Assembly (NCBI GenBank): GCA_965204745.1
Contig: OZ242010.1
Span: forward strand, 4,128,001-4,192,000
Source: Candidatus Latescibacterota bacterium
Lineage (GTDB): Bacteria; Latescibacterota; UBA2968
Direction of reading: 5' to 3'
Length of the DNA: 64,000 nucleotides
Within the stretch, counting starts at the first letter, position 1. The number at the start of each line of letters is the position of its first letter. The notes beneath the pieces were generated by a model. That model worked only from the letters and a program-made list of their open reading frames with translations. It was not told the DNA's origin and made no database searches. This document shows, one piece after another, positions 1 through 9,435 of this stretch. The position numbers were made by a program, and so were the translations under genes.

Positions 1-1
1 T

Positions 2-3000
2 GATAGCGATACGGTTGCGCCGGAGGGCAAGCTGACCTCCGACTTACAATCGATCACGTCTGCGAGCGGCATCTATGCCAACTGGGACGATCTGACCATA
101 GATGCTTCGGGGACCAACGATGATGATCCCTGGACCTTTGGCACGACAAAGCAGTATCCGGTCTTGACGTTTGCCGGCCTGGACACCACGGCGCAGTACG
201 CTGCCCAACCCGTGAATTACGACACGGATAGCGATGGCCTCCTCGAGGTCTCGTCCTTGGCCCAACTGCATGCCATGCGCTGGGATATCAATGGCGATGG
301 TGCCATAGACTCAAGTGCCACGACCGCCGATACGACCGCCTACAACGCCGCCTTTCCCAACGGGAACTTGTCAGCGAGCAAGGGTTGCCCTTCCAGCGGT
401 TGCACTGGCTACGAACTGCTCGCCAACCTGGACTTTGACGAGAACAACGATGGCGCAATCACCCAAGCAGACGCCACCTACTGGAATAGCGGCCAAGGCT
501 GGATGCCCATCGGCTCCGACGCCAGCCCAGCGTTACGATACACAGGCGATTTCAAAGGCAACGGCTACACCGTCCAAAACCTGTTCATCAGCCGCAACAC
601 CGTTAGCTACCAAGCACTGTTCGGCGGCACCGGCACCAACTCCCGCATCGAGTCACTGGGCGTAACCGACGCCGATGTTACGGCAGACGACTTTAGTGGC
701 ATTCTGGTCGGCGGCAATCGCGGCGAAATCGTCGCCTGCTACACCACCGGTCGCATGACGGGCGACAATGTCGTCGGCGGTCTGGTCGGCTGGACCGGAG
801 GCTCCATTTCCACAAGCTACTCCCTCGCATCCGTCAGCGCAACTGAGAGGCTCGGCGGATTGGTAGGCTCAAAAGCCGCCGCCGGCTCCATAACAAACTC
901 CTACTCCACCGGCGCGGTCAGCCTCTCCAGCGGGTCGATGACATCTATCGGCGGGCTGTTGGGCGAGTCGAATGCCGGCACAGGCACGGTTAGCGGCAGC
1001 TACTGGGATACCCAAACCAGCGGGCGCACAACCAGCCTCGGCGGTAGCGGCGCGGCGGGCAAGACGACCAGCGATCTTCAGAGCCCCACCACCTACGGTG
1101 CCACCAGCAACGACACCTACTACGGTTGGAACGCCAACATAGACGGACAACCCGGCAACGACGATCCGTGGACCTTTGGCGCGATGGATCAGTATCCGGT
1201 CTTGAAGTATGCCGGCCTGGACACCACCGTGCAATTTCAGCTCCAACCCGCGGTCGTGACGTTGGCACTGACGCCCTCGTCGATCTCGGAAAACGGCGGG
1301 ATGAGCACTGTGACCGCGACGCTGGCATACCCATCGAGCGCGGCGACGACGATCACGGTGCGCCCTGTGGCGGGGGCTTACACGGTGGCGGCGGATTCGA
1401 CGATCACCATACCGGCCGGGAGCACTGCGAACGTGTCGGATACGGTGGTCATCACAGCGGTGGACAATACCCAAGACGCGCCTAATCGCGACGTGGACAT
1501 GTCCGTTGTGGCGGGCAACGCCCAAGGCGCGGGCAGTGTGACCGAGGCGACTTTAACGATCACAGACGACGACCCTGCACCGACAGCGACGTTGGCGGCG
1601 TCACCGGCGTCGATTTCGGAGAACGGCGCGGTTTCGACGGTCACGGCGTCGCTCTCGCGTCCATCGAGCACGGCGACGACGATCACGGTGCGTCCTGTGG
1701 CGGGTGCTTACACGGTGGGGGCGGATACGACGATCACCATCGCGGCCGGGGACACGATTAACGCGTCGGACACGGTGGTCATCACAGCGGTGAACAATAC
1801 CCAAGACGCGCCTAATCGCGACGTGACCGTGTCCGGTGTGTCGCGCAACGCCCAAGGCGCGGGCAGTGTGACCGGGGCGGCTTTGACGCTGACAGACGAC
1901 GACGCTGCGCCGGACGTGACGATGGTTTTGTCGCCTGCGTCGATTACAGAGAACGGCGGTGTCTCGACCGTGACAGCGAGGCTGTCTCACACGTCGAGCG
2001 ATCCGACGACGATTACGGTGACAGTGGCACCTGTGTCACCTGCGGTTATGACCGACTACACGATAAGTACGCCGGCCACGCTGACCGTCGCGGCGGGGCA
2101 AACGATGAGCACGGGCACCGTGACGATCACAGGGGTGAATAACGCCGATGCTACGGGGAACAAGACGGTGACCGTGTCGAGTACGCTAACCAACAGCGTA
2201 GGCACGGGATCGGTCACTGATGTGACGCTGACGCTTACCGATGACGACGTGCCGAACGTGACGTTGGTTTTGACTCCTTCGTCGATTACGGAGAATGCCC
2301 AGGTTTCCACGATCACGGCGACGCTGGATCGCATCACAAACATGGCGACGACGGTCACGGTTTCAGCGACCGCGGTGGCCCCTGCGGTTGCGGGCGATTT
2401 TACGCTATCGACCGAGACCACGCTGACCTTCGCGGCGAATGTGACGACGAGCACGGGCGCCGTGACGATCACCTCGGTGAACGACACGACCGATGCACCG
2501 GACAAGCGCGTGACCGTGTCTGCAACGGTGACGGGTGGCAATGGGGCGTCGCTATCGTCTGCCGTGACCCTGACGATCACAGACGATGAGGCCGCGCCGG
2601 ATGTGGCACTGACGCTGTCGCCCGCGTCGATTGCAGAGACCGGCGGTGTTTCGACGATCACGGCGACGCTGTCGCATGCGTCGAGCGCGGCAACGACGAT
2701 CACAGTGCGTCCGGTGGCGGGTGCTTACACGGTGGGGTCGGATTCGACGATCACCATCGCGGCAGGGAACACGGCGAACGCGTCGGACACAGTAGAGATC
2801 ACGGCCGTGGACAACGCGACCGATGCGCCCAACAACGATGTGACCGTGTCTGTTGTGGCGAACAACGACCAAGGCGCAGGCAGTGTGACCGGCATGGATT
2901 TGACGATCACAGACGATGACGCCGCGCCGAACGTGACACTAATGCTGTCGCCCGCGTCAATCTCGGAGAACGGCGGCGTGAGCACGGTGAGCGCGACGCT

Positions 3001-4675
3001 GACACACCCATCGAGCGCGGCGACAACGATCACGGTACGCCCGGTGGCGAATGCTTATACCGTAGGGTCGGATTCGACGATCACCATCGCGGCAGGGAAC
3101 ACGGCGAACGCGTCGGACACGGTGGCACTCACCGCCGTGGACAACGACATAGACGCATCAGACAACGCGGTGATGGTGCAGACCGCCGCTGTGGAGAACG
3201 ACCACGGCGCGGGCACCGTGCAGGCTGCGACGTTGACGATCACCGATGACGACGAGGCGGCGATTGACGTGTCGGCGATGACCACGACGACGGTCAGGCT
3301 CCACACGACAGAGTCGGGCAGGGCAGAGACCTTCACGGTCACGCTCGCCTCCGAGCCGACGGGGAACGTAGCCCTCTCGGTGGTCAGTTCAGACACGACG
3401 GAAGGCACTGTATCGCCCTCGGTGCTGACCTTCTCATCGACAACATGGCGCACGGCGCAAACCGTGACCGTGACCGGGCAGGACGATACTCCCGCCGCCG
3501 TCGATGGCAACCAGAACTATACGGTCACCCTTTCGGTGAACCAGACGGATACGCAGGACACCAACTACGACGCGCTCACCGCGATCAGCGTGTACATGGT
3601 CAACCGCGATAACGATTTCGGCTTGGACATCAGCGCGCTGACCGGGCAGGCGACAGAGGCCGGTGCCTCGGCGACCTTCACGGTGGCCCTGCTGACGCAA
3701 CCCACGGCGGCGGTGACGATTTCGGTGACGAGCCAAGACCCGAGCGAGGGGCGGGTTGAGCCTGCGATGCTGACCTTCACGACGTCAGGCTATAACACGG
3801 CACAAACCGTGACCGTGACCGGGCAAGACGACATCATCGACGACGGGAACGTCACCTGGACGGTGCGACTCGCCTCGTCAAGCGGCGATGCCAACTACAA
3901 CACCCTTTCGGACGAGGATGTTCCAGTGACGACGACCGACGATGAAGATGCGCCGACCGTGACGTTGGTGCTGATGCCCTCGTCCATCTCGGAAAACGGC
4001 GAGGTTTCCACGATCACGGCGACCCTATCGCACCCATCGAGCGCGATCACGACGATCACGGTCTCTGCTACGCCTGTGTCCCCTGCGACTGCGAGCGACT
4101 TCACGCTATCGAGTGCAGACACGCTGATCATCGCGGCGACGACCACAACGAGCACGGGCACCGTGACGATCACCGCAGAGGACAACAACGACCAGGCAGA
4201 CGAGAAGATGGTCAGGGTGTCTGCAACCGCAAACAACGCCCAAGGCATCACCGATCCTTCGCCCGTGACCCTGACCCTGACCGATGACGAAACACCGAGT
4301 GCCAACTTGGATGTGGATGGCGATGGCCGGGTGAGATTGTTCTCGGATATAATCCTGGTCATTCGATACGTCCTCTTCTTCCGGGAAGAGGCCCTCCTCA
4401 GAGGGAACGTCATCGAGCCAACTGCCACGCGCAAGACCGCTCAAGAAATTGAACCCTACCTCGACACTTTGGTCGGTCAGAACATTCTCGATGTGGATGG
4501 CGATGGCGATGTGAGGCTGTTCTCGGATATAATCCTGATCATTCGATACGTCCTCTTCTTCCGGAACGAGGCCCTCGTCAGAGGGAACGTCATCGAGCCA
4601 ACTGCTACGCGCACGACCGCTCAAGCCATTGAACCCTACATTCGAAGCCTCTATCCCGACTCCCACTTCCAATGA
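2..4675 (+). CDS. Giant surface protein/adhesin A (5'-truncated): GLUG-like tip, Calx-beta-like stalk repeats, tandem dockerin-like C-terminus
   Basis: Frame is open from position 2 and continues into ORF 164..4675; GGLVG motifs, ~110-aa repeats ending T(I/L)TDDD, two LDVDGDG..LFSDIIL.IRY repeats. Confidence 0.9.
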   Translation, partial: DSDTVAPEGKLTSDLQSITSASGIYANWDDLTIDASGTNDDDPWTFGTTKQYPVLTFAGLDTTAQYAAQPVNYDTDSDGLLEVSSLAQLHAMRWDINGDGAIDSSATTADTTAYNAAFPNGNLSASKGCPSSGCTGYELLANLDFDENNDGAITQADATYWNSGQGWMPIGSDASPALRYTGDFKGNGYTVQNLFISRNTVSYQALFGGTGTNSRIESLGVTDADVTADDFSGILVGGNRGEIVACYTTGRMTGDNVVGGLVGWTGGSISTSYSLASVSATERLGGLVGSKAAAGSITNSYSTGAVSLSSGSMTSIGGLLGESNAGTGTVSGSYWDTQTSGRTTSLGGSGAAGKTTSDLQSPTTYGATSNDTYYGWNANIDGQPGNDDPWTFGAMDQYPVLKYAGLDTTVQFQLQPAVVTLALTPSSISENGGMSTVTATLAYPSSAATTITVRPVAGAYTVAADSTITIPAGSTANVSDTVVITAVDNTQDAPNRDVDMSVVAGNAQGAGSVTEATLTITDDDPAPTATLAASPASISENGAVSTVTASLSRPSSTATTITVRPVAGAYTVGADTTITIAAGDTINASDTVVITAVNNTQDAPNRDVTVSGVSRNAQGAGSVTGAALTLTDDDAAPDVTMVLSPASITENGGVSTVTARLSHTSSDPTTITVTVAPVSPAVMTDYTISTPATLTVAAGQTMSTGTVTITGVNNADATGNKTVTVSSTLTNSVGTGSVTDVTLTLTDDDVPNVTLVLTPSSITENAQVSTITATLDRITNMATTVTVSATAVAPAVAGDFTLSTETTLTFAANVTTSTGAVTITSVNDTTDAPDKRVTVSATVTGGNGASLSSAVTLTITDDEAAPDVALTLSPASIAETGGVSTITATLSHASSAATTITVRPVAGAYTVGSDSTITIAAGNTANASDTVEITAVDNATDAPNNDVTVSVVANNDQGAGSVTGMDLTITDDDAAPNVTLMLSPASISENGGVSTVSATLTHPSSAATTITVRPVANAYTVGSDSTITIAAGNTANASDTVALTAVDNDIDASDNAVMVQTAAVENDHGAGTVQAATLTITDDDEAAIDVSAMTTTTVRLHTTESGRAETFTVTLASEPTGNVALSVVSSDTTEGTVSPSVLTFSSTTWRTAQTVTVTGQDDTPAAVDGNQNYTVTLSVNQTDTQDTNYDALTAISVYMVNRDNDFGLDISALTGQATEAGASATFTVALLTQPTAAVTISVTSQDPSEGRVEPAMLTFTTSGYNTAQTVTVTGQDDIIDDGNVTWTVRLASSSGDANYNTLSDEDVPVTTTDDEDAPTVTLVLMPSSISENGEVSTITATLSHPSSAITTITVSATPVSPATASDFTLSSADTLIIAATTTTSTGTVTITAEDNNDQADEKMVRVSATANNAQGITDPSPVTLTLTDDETPSANLDVDGDGRVRLFSDIILVIRYVLFFREEALLRGNVIEPTATRKTAQEIEPYLDTLVGQNILDVDGDGDVRLFSDIILIIRYVLFFRNEALVRGNVIEPTATRTTAQAIEPYIRSLYPDSHFQ

Positions 4676-4773
4676 AAGCCTGTTCCCTGACCGCCACAGA
4701 TAAAGATGGCGATGGCAAAATTGGATTCGACGATTTCCTCATCTCCGCCGCCGACTTTGGCTCGACAGGCTGA
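4672..4773 (+). pseudogene. Orphan/degenerate EF-hand dockerin-like anchor fragment (33 aa)
   Basis: MKACSLTATDKDGDGKIGFDDFLISAADFGSTG; ATGA overlap with stop of A; resembles 37656..37850 and the C-terminus of gene C. Confidence 0.65.
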
Positions 4774-4789
4774 ACGACAAAAAAAAACA

Positions 4790-4827
4790 AAAGCCCGGGT
4801 TCACAGTGAACTCAGGCTTTACTTTTT
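4790..4827 (+). terminator. Intrinsic terminator of gene A
   Basis: AAAGCCCGGGTTCAC-A-GTGAACTCAGGCTTT hairpin followed by ACTTTTT. Confidence 0.75.
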
Positions 4828-4831
4828 GGAA

Positions 4832-5130
4832 TTGGGACCTACCCCCTAGCCCCGTTACTCGCTACGCTTCGTTGTAGGCTACGCCTGTGCCTACGAGGAA
4901 AGGGGGAACTGTGAGCGGTTTTGCGAGGGGGACCTACCCCCTGGCCCCCTTCCTAAGAGGAAGGGGGAATGGCGAGAGGTTGTGCGAGGGATTGTGTGTA
5001 AGGGTTTTTGGATTTTCATGGCGTGATCCATTCGCCCAAAGCCATCAAAACAGCCCTGGATGCAAACCTTTAAGAAAGCCATGCGCTCCCCCTTTCCTTG
5101 TAGGAAAGGGGGCCGGGGGGTAGGTCCCAA
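4832..5130. repeat. MITE-like palindromic element (CCCCCT..AGGAAGGGGG family)
   Basis: 15-bp terminal inverted repeat TTGGGACCTACCCCC/GGGGGTAGGTCCCAA; core near-identical to 43387..43584 and similar to 55954..56393. Confidence 0.8.
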
Positions 5131-5189
5131 TGATGAACTGGCCCGATCCGTAGATTCGTAGATTCGTTTGTAGGCCGTGGGGAATCGCC

Positions 5190-6779
5190 ATGCGTGTTGA
5201 AACGGAATATGATGCGGTTGTGCTCGGCGCGGGGCACAACAGTTTGATTTTGCAGGCTTATTTGTGTCGTGCGGGGCTGAAGGTGGTTTGTCTCGAGCGA
5301 TCACACACACCCGGAGGCGGGTTGGCTACGGTTGAAGACCCCCGCTATCCGGGTTTTTTGCACAATACGCATTCCTTTTTTCACCGCGGTGTGACGCACA
5401 TGCCGTGGTTTGATGATTTGGACCTCGAGCGGTATGGCGCGGAGTATATCGAACCCGAACTGAATGTAGCCCTGGTGCTCAAAAATGGCGATGTGCTGAA
5501 ATGGTGGACGGATTTTGATCGCACGGCGGAGAGTTTTGCCCGATTCAGCAAACGGGATGCGCGCACGTTGCGGCGATGGCGCGATGCGTTTGTGCCCATT
5601 GTAGAAAATATCCTGTCCGCCGAGGCACAGGCCCCGCCGATGCCGCCCGGGTTGCGGCGAGAAATTTTGTCGCAGACCCGAGAGGGCAGGTTGTTGCTCG
5701 CTGTCAGTGCGTTGTCGCCCCTCGAGTTCGTGCATCGGGAGTTTGAGCATCCGGTCGTTCAGGCCGGGTTGTTGTTTTTCAATGGGTTGCGCGAGGTCGA
5801 TTTGCGTGCGTCAGGGTTTGGGCATCACATTCCCGCGCTGTTGGCGAGCAAGGGCAAGGCGCAGATGTGCAAGGGCGGGTCCGGGAATTTGGCGCGGGCA
5901 TTGGTCGCTGCGGTGCGCGATATGGGCGGCGAGATTTGGTTGCAAACCGAGCCGAAGCGCATTGTGGTGGAAGGCGAGCGCGTGCTGGGCGTGGAGACCG
6001 CAGGGGGCGAGTTCATCAAAGCACCCATCGTCGTTTCGGGCTTGAATCCGCACCAGACGTTTTTCGATTTGATGGACCGCGAGGTGTTGCCCGAGTCGTG
6101 GCAACAGCGGGTTGAGGAGTTTCAGTACAATGTGCTGGCGCCGCTGTTCGCGTTGCATGTGAATTTGGACGAGCCGCCGCATTATCGCGTAGCGCGAGAG
6201 CATCCGGACATCGAGGACGCGCTGATGGTCATTTTGGGGCTGGAACGTGCGGATCAGTTTTTGGATATTGTGGCGCACCACGAGCGGGGGACAATGCCGC
6301 CGATTGTGATGTGGGGCGCGTGCCCGACGCGCTTTGACCAAACGCAGGCCCCATCGGGAAAGCACGCGGCTTTTATGTGGCAGAAGTTGCCCTTTGATTT
6401 GGCGGGCGATGCGACAAACTGGGATCGACAACGCGATGCGGTGGGGCGGGATATGCTGGCGATGTGGACGGAGTACGCGCCCAATTTGCGGGATTGCATC
6501 ATCGATTCGTTTGTCCGCAGTCCCTTGGATGTGGCACGCGCATTGCCCAATATGCAGCGCGGCGATTTGCTCATCGGCGCGTTCACACATGGGCAGGTGG
6601 GCTACAACCGCCCCTTTCCCGGCGCGGGACACTACCGCGGGTGTTTTGATGGGCTGTACCTTTGCGGCTCGTGTTGCCACCCCGGCGGCAATGTGACCGG
6701 CCTGCCGGGCTACAACGCCGCACAGGTCATTCACAGCGATCTGGACATCGCCGCTTCATGGCTACCCGTGTGCGATTGA
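5190..6779 (+). CDS. Phytoene dehydrogenase-like FAD/NAD(P)-dependent oxidoreductase
   Basis: VVLGAGHNSL Rossmann motif; C-terminal GLYLCGSCCHPGGNVTGLPGYNAA. Confidence 0.85.
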   Translation: MRVETEYDAVVLGAGHNSLILQAYLCRAGLKVVCLERSHTPGGGLATVEDPRYPGFLHNTHSFFHRGVTHMPWFDDLDLERYGAEYIEPELNVALVLKNGDVLKWWTDFDRTAESFARFSKRDARTLRRWRDAFVPIVENILSAEAQAPPMPPGLRREILSQTREGRLLLAVSALSPLEFVHREFEHPVVQAGLLFFNGLREVDLRASGFGHHIPALLASKGKAQMCKGGSGNLARALVAAVRDMGGEIWLQTEPKRIVVEGERVLGVETAGGEFIKAPIVVSGLNPHQTFFDLMDREVLPESWQQRVEEFQYNVLAPLFALHVNLDEPPHYRVAREHPDIEDALMVILGLERADQFLDIVAHHERGTMPPIVMWGACPTRFDQTQAPSGKHAAFMWQKLPFDLAGDATNWDRQRDAVGRDMLAMWTEYAPNLRDCIIDSFVRSPLDVARALPNMQRGDLLIGAFTHGQVGYNRPFPGAGHYRGCFDGLYLCGSCCHPGGNVTGLPGYNAAQVIHSDLDIAASWLPVCD

Positions 6780-6835
6780 TGCAAAGGAGAGGGTGAACGC
6801 GGGGATTGGAGAGAATGGAGGAAGGGAGAAATTTT

Positions 6836-7030
6836 TCAAGACGCGTCGTTCCCATAAGAGCGACCGCCTTCGAGGATTTTGAGTTGTTCTGCGTTTGTGG
6901 GTTCGCATTTTGATTTGGGTCGTTCAAAATTTGTGATCAACACTTCTTTGTTGAGTTTGCGCGAGGTGTCGTGTTTTTTGACCCTCATCCCCGAGTAAGA
7001 TTGCACAAAAAAATGTTGTACCCGGCGTTT
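6836..7030 (-). pseudogene. Possible C-terminal relic of a Dam-type DNA adenine methyltransferase
   Basis: ...SRKLNKEVLITNF resembles the Dam-family C-terminal E(L/V)LITN(Y/F); AT-richer than flanks; no catalytic motifs remain. Confidence 0.35.
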
Positions 7031-7066
7031 TGAGTCATTGAATTTCCTCTTCGTTACCAAGAGGTG

Positions 7067-7891
7067 TCAAGACCAGAGAAAGTGAAAGTGGGTTGCGATA
7101 GAGAGGACGAAGCCGAGGAGGGTGAGCGTGAGGCAGAGGAGGGCGATGAGGATGGTGAGGCGGCCTTCGCGGTATTGCGCGTTGGAGATGAGGGCTTGCG
7201 CGGCGAGCCAGCCGCCGATGAAGCCGCCGAGGTGCGCCCAGTTGTTGACGCCGCTCATGAGGAAGCCCATGACAAAGAGCAGAATGGCCCATTGCCATAT
7301 CTGCCGGGTCATAAGGGCGGAGATGTGGGTTTTTTGGTTGCGACCGTACACGATGAGCGCGGCAAAGAGTCCGAAAATCGCGCCGGACGCGCCCACTGTG
7401 GGATAGCCGGAAACGAGGTTGGAGAGGATAAAACCGACCGCCCCTGCGACCGTGTAGATGATAAAATAGCGCGCGGGGCCAAAGAGATGCCCCACATCCG
7501 GGCCGAGTTGCCGAATCCAAATCACATTGAACAAGATGTGGAGGAGGCTACCGTGCAAGTAAGTCGCGGTCAATACGCTCCACCACGGCGCATCGCGATA
7601 TGTCATGCCGAGTACGACCAAGGGGCGTTGGCCCGGGCTGAGCATGCCGAAAAGCCCACCGGACATCGACAGCGCGGCTTTGAGGTCGAGCAACAGGCTG
7701 ATGGCGTACAGGGCAATGCAAGCGGTGGGGATCAAGGCGAGGACGTCGATGCGACCGCCGAACAGCCGGTTCAGCGCGGGGCCGAGTCCCCAAAGATTGG
7801 GCTGATACGCGCCGCAATGCGGGCAGCGTTTCTCGTCGGTGTTGATGAGATAGCCGCAACCCGGGCAGATCATGGAGGTGCGAGGAGGCAT
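7067..7891 (-). CDS. Rhomboid intramembrane serine protease with N-terminal Zn ribbon
   Basis: HGSLLHILFN, GASGAIFG, NNWAHLGG motifs; CPGC...CPHC; start reassigned to ATG 7891. Confidence 0.9.
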   Translation of the reverse strand: MPPRTSMICPGCGYLINTDEKRCPHCGAYQPNLWGLGPALNRLFGGRIDVLALIPTACIALYAISLLLDLKAALSMSGGLFGMLSPGQRPLVVLGMTYRDAPWWSVLTATYLHGSLLHILFNVIWIRQLGPDVGHLFGPARYFIIYTVAGAVGFILSNLVSGYPTVGASGAIFGLFAALIVYGRNQKTHISALMTRQIWQWAILLFVMGFLMSGVNNWAHLGGFIGGWLAAQALISNAQYREGRLTILIALLCLTLTLLGFVLSIATHFHFLWS

Positions 7892-7895
7892 GGGA

Positions 7896-9035
7896 TTACT
7901 CGAGTTGTGACCAGTTGGCGAGCAGGAGCGAGAGGCCCTTGAGCACGCGCTGCATGTCGCGTTCAGCCGTGTGCCCCATCGCCGCGATGCGGAAGGCGCG
8001 GTCTTTGGTGTCGCCATAGCCCGCGCCGAGTTGCACGTTGAGCAATGCCCGTGCTTTGGCGACGAAATCCGATCCGGGAATATGGCGCGGCAAATAGATG
8101 GCACTCACGGTCAGGCTCTCGTATCCCGGTTGGGCCATCAAGCGCAAACCATGCGCGGTGGCCCACTCGCGTTGCATCAGGGCGAGGTTGCGATGGCGTT
8201 GGAAGCGTTGGGCGCCCTCGCGCTTCATTTCTTCGAGGCGTGCGATCAGGCATTGCAAGGTCAGGTCCGCGACGGTCATCGGGGTTTGGGCCGTTTCCGC
8301 ACGCTCGCGCCATTCGATGAGGTCGAGGACATACCCGCGTTCTGGCGTTCTGGCGGCCACCTCAAAGGCGCGGTCAGATGCGATCATCACGGAGCCGATG
8401 GTCGGGCACGCAAAGTCTTTTTGCAAACTCCAAAAATAGTAATCCGGGCGCAGGGTTTTAATCGGCGTATCTACCGCGCCCGCACTGCTCACCGCGTCAA
8501 TGGCGATCAGGGTTTGGGGGGATATGTGCCGCACCGCGTCGCACATTCCTTGGATGGGCAACATCACGCCTGTGGAGGTTTCGTTGTGGGTCAGAAGGGC
8601 CAGGTCGTGGGATTTGGAAAGGGCGTCAGACCAAGTTTGGGCGTCAATACCTTTGCCCCAGTTGGCTTTTACGACGTCGATTTGACGCCCGCGACTTTGG
8701 AAGACCTGGGTCCATTTCTTGGAAAACGCGCCGATGTCCATGCCCAAGGTGGTGCGAGAACGCGGGGTATTGACCGCGACCATTTCCCAGTTGTAGCTAC
8801 CGGTGTGACCAAAGATGAGCGGGGTAAAGCCGGGGGGGATGTGAAAGACTTCGCGCAACAGGGCCGCGGCTTTTTGATAGCGGGCTTTGAAGGCAGTGGA
8901 CCGGTGCGAATAGGTCGCCCGATACGTTTGCAAAACGCGGCGAACCGCCGGGGTGAGCATGTGCGGGCCGGGTGCCCAAAGCGCGAGATTGGGCAGGCGT
9001 AGGTCCGCGATTTCTCGGACAAGGGCAGGGGACAA
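7896..9035 (-). CDS. Class V PLP aminotransferase (alanine-glyoxylate/serine-pyruvate type)
   Basis: PGP, HNETSTGV, IDAVSS, SLQK, FRIAAMG motifs. Confidence 0.85.
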   Translation of the reverse strand: MSPALVREIADLRLPNLALWAPGPHMLTPAVRRVLQTYRATYSHRSTAFKARYQKAAALLREVFHIPPGFTPLIFGHTGSYNWEMVAVNTPRSRTTLGMDIGAFSKKWTQVFQSRGRQIDVVKANWGKGIDAQTWSDALSKSHDLALLTHNETSTGVMLPIQGMCDAVRHISPQTLIAIDAVSSAGAVDTPIKTLRPDYYFWSLQKDFACPTIGSVMIASDRAFEVAARTPERGYVLDLIEWRERAETAQTPMTVADLTLQCLIARLEEMKREGAQRFQRHRNLALMQREWATAHGLRLMAQPGYESLTVSAIYLPRHIPGSDFVAKARALLNVQLGAGYGDTKDRAFRIAAMGHTAERDMQRVLKGLSLLLANWSQLE

Positions 9036-9049
9036 GCGGTTTGCTCCAT

Positions 9050-9082
9050 AAAAAAAACCCGTTAAATTAACGGGTTAAAAAA
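9050..9082 (-). terminator. Intrinsic terminator after tRNA-Gly
   Basis: AACCCGTTAA/TTAACGGGTT hairpin followed by a T-run on the minus strand. Confidence 0.8.
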
Positions 9083-9159
9083 TGGAGCGGGAAACGGGAT
9101 TCGAACCCGCGACCTTCTGCATGGCAAGCAGATGCTCTAGCCAGCTGAGCTATTCCCGC
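9083..9159 (-). tRNA. tRNA-Gly (GCC)
   Basis: GCGGGAATAGCTCAG...TCTGC-TTGCCAT-GCAGA...GGTTCGAATCCC...CCGCTCCA; encoded CCA. Confidence 0.97.
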
Positions 9160-9172
9160 TCGTTCAATGCTA

Positions 9173-9201
9173 AACCTACACAAAGGGCTGTGGCTTGTCA
9201 A
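9173..9201 (-). promoter_or_regulatory. Sigma-70 promoter of tRNA-Gly
   Basis: TTGACA-17 nt-TAGGTT. Confidence 0.7.
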
Positions 9202-9223
9202 GGTCAATTTTTCGGGAGATGTG

Positions 9224-9252
9224 TTGATAAAGGACGGGTTCTTTGTTATATT
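9224..9252 (+). promoter_or_regulatory. Divergent sigma-70 promoter for the scaffold gene
   Basis: TTGATA-17 nt-TATATT with TGn extension. Confidence 0.65.
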
Positions 9253-9362
9253 GGGGTTGCAATGGAGGCAAGAGGGGAGCCGGAAGAGGCGAGAAACGGC
9301 TCCAAGTGGTCAGTGGTCAGTCCACCCAACCCCAAAAGCGGATCGCGGATGAAATGCGAAAT

Positions 9363-9388
9363 GTAGGGACAGGCCCCTGTGCTCGCCC
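9363..9388. repeat. GTAG-type REP palindrome (other copies ~12220, ~16180, ~16238, ~29910)
   Basis: GTAGGGACAGGCCCCTGTGCTCGCCC: GTAG head plus imperfect palindrome, intergenic. Confidence 0.65.
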
Positions 9389-9435
9389 GAAGATACAAGG
9401 GGAGAGGTCATCATTTTATTTGGAGGTATGGTTTG

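Noticed and set aside
4655-4680. Programmed -1 frameshift fusing gene A (or B) to the orphan anchor
   Set aside because: The orphan is in the -1 frame, but no X XXY YYZ slippery heptamer precedes the stop
9083-9159. tRNA-Gly as an island attachment site
   Set aside because: No duplicated tRNA 3' end or integrase seen in the window
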